Assembly: GCA_003661965.1 (NCBI GenBank)
Contig: QMXD01000003.1
Location: 1-40,946 of the forward strand
From: Candidatus Hecatellales archaeon
GTDB lineage: Archaea; Thermoproteota; Bathyarchaeia; Hecatellales; Hecatellaceae
DNA: 40,946 nucleotides
Direction of reading: 5' to 3'
In this document: positions 26,929 to 35,014 of the stretch, one piece after another
How positions within the stretch are numbered: the first letter of the stretch is position 1
Layout: each line of letters starts with the position of its first letter
The notes under the pieces: model-generated
Seen by the model: only the letters and a program-made list of their open reading frames with translations
Told to the model about the DNA's origin: nothing
The model's database searches: none
Made by a program: the position numbers and the translations under genes

Positions 26929-28251
26929 ATGGGTGAAATTTTAGAGGTAGCAAAAAAAATTTTGGAGGAGCATTGTTTATGTGATAATTGTCTAGGAAGA
27001 CAGTTTGCAAGTCTTGGTTATGGGTTAAGTAATGCTGAAAGAGGAAAAACCATAAAAAGCTTTTTAGCTTTTGAAGCTCACAACCAAGCCTTAAACGAAA
27101 ACAAGGATGGCATAAGCCTTCTTGAAAACTTGGCTGTAAACGGTATGTTTAAGCTTGCTGAAGACATTCTAAAAAGGCTTGGCTATAAACCAAAAACCAG
27201 CCAAAAAAAATGTGAGCTTTGTGAGGGTAAACTTCAAAAACTAGAATCTTTTGTTGGGGAGATGCTTAAAAAAGTTGAAGGATACGAGTTTAACAGTTTT
27301 CTTGTTGGAGCAAAAATCCCTGAAAAAATAATTGAGGCTGAAGATAGTTTAAGAGCAAACTATAAGGTAAAATGGGGTGAAACAATTAAAAGTGAGTTTA
27401 CAAGAGAAATTGGAAAAATAATTTCAAGGGTGACAAAAAAACATGTTGACTATAAAAAGCCAGACATAGTTTTTACCATCAACCCTTTCACCGAAGAAAT
27501 AGGTTTTCAGGTTAACCCCCTATTTATCGGTGGACGCTACAAAAAACTTGTAGCAGGAATCCCTCAAGCAAGATGGGTTTGTGGTAGGTGTGGTGGTGTT
27601 GGCTGTGAACATTGTGGATGGACAGGAAAAAAATATCCTGAGTCTGTTCAGGAAATAATAGAAAAGCCAATTCTAGAGTTAACCCTAGGAGAAAAAACAG
27701 AGTTTCATGCGAGTGGAAGAGAAGATATTGATGCTAAGGTTTTGGGTAATGGTAGACCCTTTATTATTGAGGTTAAAAACCCTAAAAAAAGGAATATAGA
27801 CCTTAAGCTTATTGAGGAAGAAATAAATAGGTCTGGTAAGGTTGAGGTTTTAAACCTTTATTTTGCAGATAAACAGGCTGTAAGAAAAATTAAGTCTATG
27901 GAAACAGCAAAAAAAGTTTACCGTGTTATTGTTGAGGTTGAAGATGGCGGGATAACGGATGAAGACCTTAAAAAAATTGAGGAAAAGTTTACAGATGTCA
28001 CGGTTAAACAGCAAACTCCAACAAGAGTTCTTCATAGACGTGCAGACAAAACCAGAATAAAACATGTTTACAGGGTTAAAACAAAAAAACTTTCCCAAAA
28101 AAGTTTTGAGTTGGAGGTTGAATGTCAAGGTGGCTTGTATGTAAAGGAGCTTGTTGATGGTGACCAGGGGAGAACAAAACCAAACATTTCTGAGGTTATC
28201 CAAAAGGGTTTAAGATGTGTTGAGTTAACGGTTTTAGAGGTTCAGGCTTAG
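26929..28251 (+). CDS. pus10: tRNA pseudouridine(54/55) synthase Pus10
   Basis: CLCDNCLGR, GGRYKK...PQARW, FHASGREDIDA, QQTPTRVLHRRAD, GGLYVKEL. Confidence 0.95.
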   Translation: MGEILEVAKKILEEHCLCDNCLGRQFASLGYGLSNAERGKTIKSFLAFEAHNQALNENKDGISLLENLAVNGMFKLAEDILKRLGYKPKTSQKKCELCEGKLQKLESFVGEMLKKVEGYEFNSFLVGAKIPEKIIEAEDSLRANYKVKWGETIKSEFTREIGKIISRVTKKHVDYKKPDIVFTINPFTEEIGFQVNPLFIGGRYKKLVAGIPQARWVCGRCGGVGCEHCGWTGKKYPESVQEIIEKPILELTLGEKTEFHASGREDIDAKVLGNGRPFIIEVKNPKKRNIDLKLIEEEINRSGKVEVLNLYFADKQAVRKIKSMETAKKVYRVIVEVEDGGITDEDLKKIEEKFTDVTVKQQTPTRVLHRRADKTRIKHVYRVKTKKLSQKSFELEVECQGGLYVKELVDGDQGRTKPNISEVIQKGLRCVELTVLEVQA

Positions 28252-28318
28252 ATTTGGCAAGAAAAGTTAAAATGTTTATTTTGTCCGAATAATGATATGT
28301 TACGGTAAGTGGGTTTAG

Positions 28319-28612
28319 ATGAAGAGGTCTAAAGGATACCGTTCAAAAACAAGAAGCCTACTAAGAAAAAAACCTAGGGAGAGAGGTTTAAGACCCCTAG
28401 GCTACCTTCTAAGAGAATATAAAACTGGTGAAAAGGTTGTTATCTATATAGACCCTGCAACCCATAAAGGTCAGCCTCATAGACGTTACCACGGAAAAAT
28501 TGGGGTTGTCATGGAGAAAAGGGGGAGAGCCTACGTTGTTGCTGTAAGGGATGGTGGAAAAACAAGGAAGATTATAGCTTTACCTGAACATTTAAAAGCT
28601 TTCCAAACCTAA
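28319..28612 (+). CDS. rpl21e: 50S ribosomal protein L21e (eL21)
   Basis: SKGYRSKTR, GQPHRRYHGKIG, PEHLK. Confidence 0.97.
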   Translation: MKRSKGYRSKTRSLLRKKPRERGLRPLGYLLREYKTGEKVVIYIDPATHKGQPHRRYHGKIGVVMEKRGRAYVVAVRDGGKTRKIIALPEHLKAFQT

Positions 28613-28630
28613 CCTTTTGGGGGTATTTTT

Positions 28631-28954
28631 TTGCCTCTTAAAAAAATAGAAAACAAACCTATAACAATCCCAGAAGTTAAAGAAGTTTTAGAAAACCTAA
28701 ACAGAGAACTAAACCAGTTTCAAAAAAGAACCCTAGAATATGTAACAGCCTTCTCAAAGCTTAAAAGCGATAAAGCCAAAGAGTTATGCTCAAAACTCAC
28801 AAAAGATTTTGGGTTAGACGTTAAAACAGCTGTTCAAATCGTAAACTGTATGCCTGAATCTGTTGAGGAGCTTAGAGTTTTCTTTCCAAGACACCGTCTA
28901 ATCGAACCTGAAAAACTTCAAGGTATACTTAAGCTTCTAGACGAGTATAGGTAA
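28631..28954 (+). CDS. rpo4: RNA polymerase subunit Rpo4 (RpoF)
   Basis: ITIPEVKEVL, LEYVTAF, AVQIVNCMPESVEELR; conserved position after rpl21e. Confidence 0.9.
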   Translation: MPLKKIENKPITIPEVKEVLENLNRELNQFQKRTLEYVTAFSKLKSDKAKELCSKLTKDFGLDVKTAVQIVNCMPESVEELRVFFPRHRLIEPEKLQGILKLLDEYR

Positions 28955-28965
28955 CCTAAAAAAGC

Positions 28966-28976
28966 AAACCTTATAT
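28966..28976 (+). promoter_or_regulatory. Internal BRE/TATA-like promoter upstream of DUF655
   Basis: AAACCTTATAT, matching the 17419 promoter, in the 112-nt gap after rpo4. Confidence 0.45.
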
Positions 28977-29066
28977 GTAAATTAAGGCTAAACAAGCCTC
29001 TTTTTGGCTGATTTTCGTTTTATTTATATCTTTCAACCTACCCACTTTCAAATTGAGGATGTCTTA

Positions 29067-29624
29067 ATGGAAAAGAAACGTTACGAGGAAGTTGCCTACG
29101 CACTTGATTTTCTCCCCCAAGGGAAGGTTGGTTTAGGCAAAAATTTTGTAGCTGAGCCTGTAGTCCAGATGGTTGGTGAAGAATTTTTTACCCTGCTTGA
29201 GGCAACAGTTAAACCTGGTGTAACCATAAGTCTTCATGAACGTCTCTATATTGGGAAGGATAAAAGAGATAAGGTTAACCATATTATAGGCAGAATCACC
29301 TACGAAAACCTAACTCCAACAGCTAAAAGTGAACTTCCTTTGGTGATTGAGGAGGTTGTTAAAAGTCATGAAGCCAGATTTGTCCACTTTTTTAACACAG
29401 CCCAACCCATAACCCCACGAATGCATGCTTTTGAGCTTTTACCTGGTATAGGTAAAAAGTATATGTGGCAGATTGTTAACGAGAGAGAAAAAAAGCCTTT
29501 TGAAAGTTTTGCTGACATCCAAAAAAGGGCAGGTATACCTGACCCTGTTAAGCTTATAGCCAAAAGAATTCTTGAAGAGTTGACAACAAACCAGAAATAC
29601 CGTATATTTACACGTCAATTTTAG
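29067..29624 (+). CDS. DUF655 putative RNA-binding protein
   Basis: EEVAYALDF, FTLLEA, HAFELLPGIGKK, FESFADI; conserved rpl21e-rpo4-DUF655-rsmA order; ATG 29067 preferred. Confidence 0.9.
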   Translation: MEKKRYEEVAYALDFLPQGKVGLGKNFVAEPVVQMVGEEFFTLLEATVKPGVTISLHERLYIGKDKRDKVNHIIGRITYENLTPTAKSELPLVIEEVVKSHEARFVHFFNTAQPITPRMHAFELLPGIGKKYMWQIVNEREKKPFESFADIQKRAGIPDPVKLIAKRILEELTTNQKYRIFTRQF

Positions 29625-29630
29625 GTGGGG

Positions 29631-30458
29631 ATGGAACTCCTAAAAACAGTTAAAGTTTTTCTTAGGGAGTATAGGATAAAACCACGTAAAAAGCTTGGTC
29701 AAAGTTTTGTTGTTGACAGGAGCCTTTTAGAACGTATGGTTGATTATGCTGGCTTGGGAAAGGATGAGGTTGTAGTTGAGATTGGTGCTGGTTTTGGTTT
29801 TTTAACAGAAATTTTAGCTGAAAAGGCTGGGAAAGTTTTTGCTGTTGAGGTTGACCCTAAACTTGTAGGGGTTTTGGCTAGAAGACTTAAAAGGTTTAGT
29901 AACGTTAAAATTGTTCAAGAAGATTTTCTTAGGTTAAACCTTGAAAACTTTGATAAGGTTGTTTCAAGCCCCCCCTACTCAATAATCTCAAAAATATTTT
30001 TTAAGCTTCTCAATACAAAGTTTAAAGTAGCTGTTTTACTTCTCCAAAAAGAGTTTGCTTTAAGGCTTTTAGCAAAACCTGGAGAAAAAAACTATAGTAG
30101 GCTTACGGTTATGAGTTATGTTAAATCTGAGGCTGAAGTTTTAGAGGAAGTTCCTCCAACATGCTTCTACCCAAAACCTGAAGTTTCCTCTATGGTTGTA
30201 AGGGTAAAACCTAGGGTTGAACCAGTATTTAACATAGAAGACTGGAAAACCTTTGAACAAACCGTAAAGTTTTTGTTTACCCAAAAAGGTAGAAAACTAA
30301 AAAAAGCTCTTCAAACCCTCTCCAAACAGGAGGAATTTAAGTTTTTAAGGGAAAGTTTTAAAGGTTTTCCCTACCTTGAAAAAAGGGTTTTTATGCTTAA
30401 ACCAGAAGAGTTTTGTGAAATCTCAAACCTAATCTACAACCTAAAAAGAAGGGTGTAA
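29631..30458 (+). CDS. rsmA: 16S rRNA adenine dimethyltransferase RsmA/KsgA/Dim1
   Basis: KKLGQSF, VEIGAGFG, VEVDP, VVSSPPYSI, LQKEFA, YSRL. Confidence 0.93.
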   Translation: MELLKTVKVFLREYRIKPRKKLGQSFVVDRSLLERMVDYAGLGKDEVVVEIGAGFGFLTEILAEKAGKVFAVEVDPKLVGVLARRLKRFSNVKIVQEDFLRLNLENFDKVVSSPPYSIISKIFFKLLNTKFKVAVLLLQKEFALRLLAKPGEKNYSRLTVMSYVKSEAEVLEEVPPTCFYPKPEVSSMVVRVKPRVEPVFNIEDWKTFEQTVKFLFTQKGRKLKKALQTLSKQEEFKFLRESFKGFPYLEKRVFMLKPEEFCEISNLIYNLKRRV

Positions 30459-30466
30459 GCCTACCC

Positions 30467-31090
30467 ATGGCTTCCATAGAAGAAGCCTTAATGGTGGTTG
30501 ACGGGTTTAAGCTTAAAATCCCAAAAGAAGTCTATAAACCGTCAGATGACACCTTCCTTCTTCTAAAAAACCTTAGAGTTAGCAAGGGTGAAAAAGTTTT
30601 AGAGGTTGGTTGTGGCTGCGGCATCCTCGCCCTAAAAGCAGCTAAAAAAGCTGAAAAGGTTGTTGCAACAGACCTTAACCCCATCGCAGTTTTAGCAGCC
30701 AAAGAAAACGTAAAACTTAACAGGCTAACCAGAAAGGTTGAGGTTAGGGAAGGAGACCTTTTTAAACCCATCAGAAAAAACGAGAAATTCGACCTAATAA
30801 TATTTAATCCTCCATACCTACCAACAACAAAAAAGAATAAGGTTGAAGGATGGATTGAAAAAGCTTGGGATGGAGGACCTACAGGAAGAAAAATTATAGA
30901 CAGGTTTTTAGCAGAAGCCAAAACCTTCCTAAAAAAGGGTGGAAGAATCTTAATGGTTCAATCAACCCTATCAAACGTCGAAAAAACAATAAAAAAACTT
31001 TCTAGGAAAGGTTTCCAAGTCAACATTCTAGACAAAAAAGAATTTGACTTTGAAACATTAGTTTGTTTTGAGGCAGAAAAAGTAGAATAA
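30467..31090 (+). CDS. HemK2/Mtq2-like SAM-dependent methyltransferase
   Basis: VYKPSDDTFLL, LEVGCGCG, FNPPYLP, AWDGGPTGR. Confidence 0.9.
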   Translation: MASIEEALMVVDGFKLKIPKEVYKPSDDTFLLLKNLRVSKGEKVLEVGCGCGILALKAAKKAEKVVATDLNPIAVLAAKENVKLNRLTRKVEVREGDLFKPIRKNEKFDLIIFNPPYLPTTKKNKVEGWIEKAWDGGPTGRKIIDRFLAEAKTFLKKGGRILMVQSTLSNVEKTIKKLSRKGFQVNILDKKEFDFETLVCFEAEKVE

Positions 31091-31132
31091 CCAATAGCCT
31101 AAAGTTTTGGTCATTTTTTATGATTTTTCTTG

Positions 31133-31165
31133 GTAATACTTTTTGGGTAAATAGTAATATTTAAA
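31133..31165 (+). promoter_or_regulatory. Promoter/operator of the FmdE-domain gene (GTAATAC-N14-GTAATAT abutting TTTAAA)
   Basis: AAATAGTAATATTTA at 31149-31163, identical to 34291-34277 on the minus strand; ends 49 nt before the start codon. Confidence 0.65.
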
Positions 31166-31211
31166 TTAGGGAAAAATTTAGCTATAAGTAGAACGTTAAG
31201 AGGTGTAAACG

Positions 31212-32597
31212 TTGCCCAAAACCATGAGGTCTAAAATTTTTGCTATAACACCTATGCTTATTTTGTTTTTATCGGTGGTTTGGATAGGGGTTGCAAATGC
31301 CCAACAAAGCGTTGTTGATGAGTATCCTGAACTTAAACCTTTGACCAACTTTGTTGGTGAAGAAAACCTGTCAGTTCTGCATTTAGCTGGGTTTAAAGCA
31401 GCAAAAAGGGCTATGGCTGAGCTGGGATTTAAAAAAGGAGATGCCAACATTCTAGCCTTAACCGATGCTGGATACATAGCCAAAATAGGTGAATATACAA
31501 CAGAGAAAGCTTTAGATGGTGTCATGTTAACCTCAGGATGCTCTAGGGGTAAGGGAAACCTTGTAAACGTGCATAAACCATACAATTCTCCGTTATGGTT
31601 TGCATTCTTCGACAAAAAAAGCAAAAACTGTGTTTATCTTGAGGTAAACAGTAACCTACTAAAAACTTATCTAGACAAAGAAAAGGAGGCTAAAGAATCC
31701 ACTCTAAAAGACTTTATGAAGCTTAAAGATGAACAGATATTTACCAAGATTGCTGTTGAAAACATAGACGCAAAAAAACTACTAAAGAATCCTGAAGACT
31801 GGCAGAAAAAAATGGTGGCTAAGGTTTTTGGTGGAAACGAGTTTAGCCTAATAACCATCTGCAATGTCTGGGCTTATAAAGGGCTACCAAACGACTTCCT
31901 AAAAGCAGTTGAACTCCACGACCACATATGTCCTGGACTTACAAGCGGCTACCTAATAGCCAAATACATAGAAAAAAACTTTCCAACAAAATCTCCAAGA
32001 TACGAGTATACAGTAATAGCATGTCCACCATGGTGTAAAGATGATGTTATAATCCAATACTTTGAAACAAATGTTGGACATAAGCATATGTTTGTAAAAT
32101 GGTTAACAAAGGAACAGTCAGAAGAACTTAAAAAACACCTACCTGAAAACCTCAAAAGCAAGGATGTGGCTGAAATTGTTATCAGATGGGAAAAAGGTGC
32201 TTCAAAAGGTGAGGGTATAGTCATCGGTTTTGACTGGAATAAGGCTGTTAAGCTTTGTGGCATAAAACGTTCATGGTTTAAAGACTTTAAAACTTACAGG
32301 TGGTGGTGGACTAGACTTAAAATGGATTTATGGATGATGGACTATATAGATAAGCCTGAAGAACTCGTGGCAACAATCAAAACGTTTAACGTGAACAGTA
32401 CAAGCGAAATCTGGAAGCTTGCATCAGCAGGGGTAAATCCGTTAGCTGAGCTTGGGCTAACACCAAAACCAACACCAACCCTCGTAGAGAAGACTGTTGA
32501 AGTTATCCCGTTATGGGTTTACATAACCATAGGAGTTTTAATAGCCATAATCATTGTAATGGTCTGCCTTTACACCCTAAAACTAAGAAAAACATAG
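31212..32597 (+). CDS. Secreted, C-terminally membrane-anchored FmdE-domain (putative metal-binding) protein
   Basis: SD GAGGTG plus TTG; N-terminal hydrophobic signal ending ANA-QQ; ELHDHICPGLTSG and CPPWCKDD FmdE motifs; PKPTPT linker, TM helix, basic tail. Confidence 0.78.
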   Translation: MPKTMRSKIFAITPMLILFLSVVWIGVANAQQSVVDEYPELKPLTNFVGEENLSVLHLAGFKAAKRAMAELGFKKGDANILALTDAGYIAKIGEYTTEKALDGVMLTSGCSRGKGNLVNVHKPYNSPLWFAFFDKKSKNCVYLEVNSNLLKTYLDKEKEAKESTLKDFMKLKDEQIFTKIAVENIDAKKLLKNPEDWQKKMVAKVFGGNEFSLITICNVWAYKGLPNDFLKAVELHDHICPGLTSGYLIAKYIEKNFPTKSPRYEYTVIACPPWCKDDVIIQYFETNVGHKHMFVKWLTKEQSEELKKHLPENLKSKDVAEIVIRWEKGASKGEGIVIGFDWNKAVKLCGIKRSWFKDFKTYRWWWTRLKMDLWMMDYIDKPEELVATIKTFNVNSTSEIWKLASAGVNPLAELGLTPKPTPTLVEKTVEVIPLWVYITIGVLIAIIIVMVCLYTLKLRKT

Positions 32598-32624
32598 AAA
32601 CGATAAAAACCAATCTTCTTTTTT

Positions 32625-33194
32625 CTAAGATTGGCATATCTTGGTTTTCTTGGTTAACACTAAAACTATAACTGCTCCAACAACCCCAGACATAAAAGCT
32701 ATAGCCAAATAAAGGGGTAAAAACCTAGTTGAAGGCCATACGTGTGTATAAAAACCTATCGCCAACCATGTAACCGTTAAACATGATAGGTTTGCAATCC
32801 CTCCACCTATACCTAGCCTTGCAAAGCTTAGTTTAGGTTTACATGAAAACTCAATCATTAAACCCATAACCAAGAATGCTATTACCCCATAAACGCCAAA
32901 CCACGGTGGGTCTACAACCCCATACCACGGAGAAACAAGCATACAAAAGGCAGGTATAAGTATGGCTGTAGATACACCAGAAAGTTTTTTACACCCGGTT
33001 ATTAAGTGAGCTAACGTAACCCATAAAACAAAAATAAATCCACCAAAAAGTATCATCCCTCCAGCAGGACCAAAAATACCTAAACTGTTTAAGATGGGTC
33101 TCATAGGAATGCTTAGGTTTATTGTGGCGCTTACCCCTGCACAAACAAAAATTGTTAAAAGGTTTTTTATGGTAGAAGAATCATTGGTAGGCAT
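32625..33194 (-). CDS. Polytopic membrane protein (about 6 TM, 189 aa), ECF S-component-like
   Basis: ATG 33194 lies 10 nt after the rSAM stop (ORF track uses 33254); hydrophobic Gly-rich helices; size typical of S-components. Confidence 0.7.
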   Translation of the reverse strand: MPTNDSSTIKNLLTIFVCAGVSATINLSIPMRPILNSLGIFGPAGGMILFGGFIFVLWVTLAHLITGCKKLSGVSTAILIPAFCMLVSPWYGVVDPPWFGVYGVIAFLVMGLMIEFSCKPKLSFARLGIGGGIANLSCLTVTWLAIGFYTHVWPSTRFLPLYLAIAFMSGVVGAVIVLVLTKKTKICQS

Positions 33195-33204
33195 TTTTCT
33201 CAGC

Positions 33205-34041
33205 CTATATGATACACTTGCTACACACGGTATGCTTACCCATGTTTTTAACAAAGTCTTTGTAAGGTTGAGATTTTACTATATCTTTAACCTTGGCTGA
33301 TAGTGCATCTGCAAGATATTCCTTGGGTAGGAAGCAGCATGGGGTAACCTTAAAATCCCATGTTATATAGATACCATATTTAACCACCCTACAAGGATTT
33401 GTATGTTTACTTGGAAGAAATGTTTGAAGCTTAAGTTTTTTAGCTAAAGTTTTAATCTCACCAAAAAGTTTAGCTTCCTTTTCCTCATCTAAAGCTTTAA
33501 AGCTTGGGTTATGCTGATTAAACAGCCTATGAAGATTTATTGCTTCAACTCCCAACATTGAAGCTTCCTCAACAATTTTAGGTATCTCGTCAACGTTACC
33601 CTCATAAACTGTTATGTCCAGAAAGATCTTTGGGTCTTTAAGTTTAAACTCTTTTTTTAGCTTAGTTGTAAGCAAAATTTTTTCTGAGACTTTTTCCAGC
33701 CTTTTAAGCCTATAAACTCCAAATGCAAACTCTTTTAGACCAGAAGAAAAAAGTTTTCTTATTTTTTTCTCGTCTAGAAGGGTTCCGTTTGTTATTAAGC
33801 TTGTTGTAATTTTTCTTGAAGAGGCGTAGGCTATCATATCGTATATTTGGTTGTGGAGTAAGGGTTCACCCCAGCCATGAAAACCAATATAGGTTGGATG
33901 GTTTAGGTTTAAAAGTTTCTTAAACCCATTAAAATCCATAAAACCTATAGGTCTATTAAGCCAACTACGCATACAAATTTCACAGTTAAGGTTACAGGCT
34001 GTTGTAGGTTCAACCTGGAAGAACGGTTTACTGCCAAACAT
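33205..34041 (-). CDS. Radical SAM protein with C-terminal SPASM/twitch-type cysteines
   Basis: CNLNCEIC (CxxxCxxC), GWGEPLLH, ITNGTLL, then C...TPCCF...CSKC. Confidence 0.92.
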   Translation of the reverse strand: MFGSKPFFQVEPTTACNLNCEICMRSWLNRPIGFMDFNGFKKLLNLNHPTYIGFHGWGEPLLHNQIYDMIAYASSRKITTSLITNGTLLDEKKIRKLFSSGLKEFAFGVYRLKRLEKVSEKILLTTKLKKEFKLKDPKIFLDITVYEGNVDEIPKIVEEASMLGVEAINLHRLFNQHNPSFKALDEEKEAKLFGEIKTLAKKLKLQTFLPSKHTNPCRVVKYGIYITWDFKVTPCCFLPKEYLADALSAKVKDIVKSQPYKDFVKNMGKHTVCSKCII

Positions 34042-34047
34042 CCCAAC

Positions 34048-34054
34048 AAAAAAA
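34048..34054 (-). terminator. T7 tract between the peptide ORF and the rSAM gene (possible leaky terminator)
   Basis: Minus strand CCCA-TTTTTTTGT-TGGG-ATG. Confidence 0.35.
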
Positions 34055-34063
34055 TGGGTTGAT

Positions 34064-34228
34064 TTAGAAGCTTCTTTTTAATAATCCAAGAATTTTTGAA
34101 GCTATTTTTTCTCTTAGACCTGTTAAGATTACCCCGCCAATAACAGTTAAACCTACAATTTGACTCGTTATGACTGCTTGAAGAACTGTAGCCGTTGAAG
34201 CAGTATTAACCGCTATAGGTGTGCACAA
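34064..34228 (-). CDS. Unannotated 54-aa peptide MCTPIAVNTASTATVLQAVITSQIVGLTVIGGVILTGLREKIASKILGLLKRSF
   Basis: Only start codon in its frame (TTG), GGGAGG SD 9 nt upstream, promoter motif at the same 49-nt offset as in the FmdE gene, stop 22 nt before the rSAM ATG. Confidence 0.7.
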   Translation of the reverse strand: MCTPIAVNTASTATVLQAVITSQIVGLTVIGGVILTGLREKIASKILGLLKRSF

Positions 34229-34272
34229 GTTCCCCTTCCTCCCAAGTCTTGAGAATAGTATGGTTGTTAAAA

Positions 34273-34307
34273 TAAATAAATATTACTATTTGACACTGTT
34301 ATCTTAC
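34273..34307 (-). promoter_or_regulatory. Promoter/operator of the peptide-rSAM-membrane operon (GTAAGAT-N14-GTAATAT abutting TTTATTTA)
   Basis: 15-bp identity and the same 21-bp half-site spacing as 31133-31163. Confidence 0.65.
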
Positions 34308-34342
34308 TTCGGTTAACTGTATTTTCAGGGTAATAGGAAGCT

Positions 34343-34870
34343 TTAATCAAACCTTGGTAAAGTTAATCCTTTTTGTTTTTGATATTTTCCGCTGTAAGGT
34401 TTTTTAACCTTAGAGGTTAACCTTGCAAAAACGAGGTGGATAAATCTTTCTCCAGCATAAAGCTTAACCGGAAACGATGAGCCTGAAATTCCTAGGGTTA
34501 GGTTTCCTTTAAATCCCCCATCAACAACTGTTGGTGGTATGGTTAATCCGCATCTAGCGTAGGTTGAACGTAACTCAACAAAACCCATTAGGTCTAAGGG
34601 CATCTCCAAACATTCTAGGGTGTAAACTAAGGCTTTCTCGTAGGGTTTTAGGATGAATTCTTTTCCTGACTCAACCACATAAAATTCTTCAGGCTTTAAC
34701 CCACCCATCCTAGGGTCTAAAATTTTTCTTTTACCCTGTTTAAGTCTTGCAATCTTGTTTCCTAGATGAAGGTCAACACCATTCTCTCTTATTGTATCCT
34801 CCTTTAGGGGGTCTATTATGAGAAGCCCCCTCCGAATATACTTTTCTATTTCCCTATCTGAAAGAATCAT
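34343..34870 (-). CDS. dcd: dCTP deaminase
   Basis: MILSDREI, NGVDLHLG, LRSTYARCG, VDGGFKGNLT, Y.GKYQ.Q.G. Confidence 0.93.
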   Translation of the reverse strand: MILSDREIEKYIRRGLLIIDPLKEDTIRENGVDLHLGNKIARLKQGKRKILDPRMGGLKPEEFYVVESGKEFILKPYEKALVYTLECLEMPLDLMGFVELRSTYARCGLTIPPTVVDGGFKGNLTLGISGSSFPVKLYAGERFIHLVFARLTSKVKKPYSGKYQKQKGLTLPRFD

Positions 34871-35014
34871 TTTGGTTTCCCTTCTAACATCAGTCTTAAA
34901 ATTTTTTCATTTTTTGTTTTTTAATGTTTGGCATTACTTCCCCCTTTTCCGTAATCCTTATCTAAACCAACAATACTTAGTTTTGTGAAAGAGGACGAGT
35001 GGAAGCGGTTAACA

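Noticed and set aside
31149-34291. 15-bp inverted match as terminal inverted repeats of a transposon or MITE
   Set aside because: No transposase or integrase, no target-site duplication seen, and both copies sit at the BRE/TATA position exactly 49 nt from a start codon, which fits promoters or operators better
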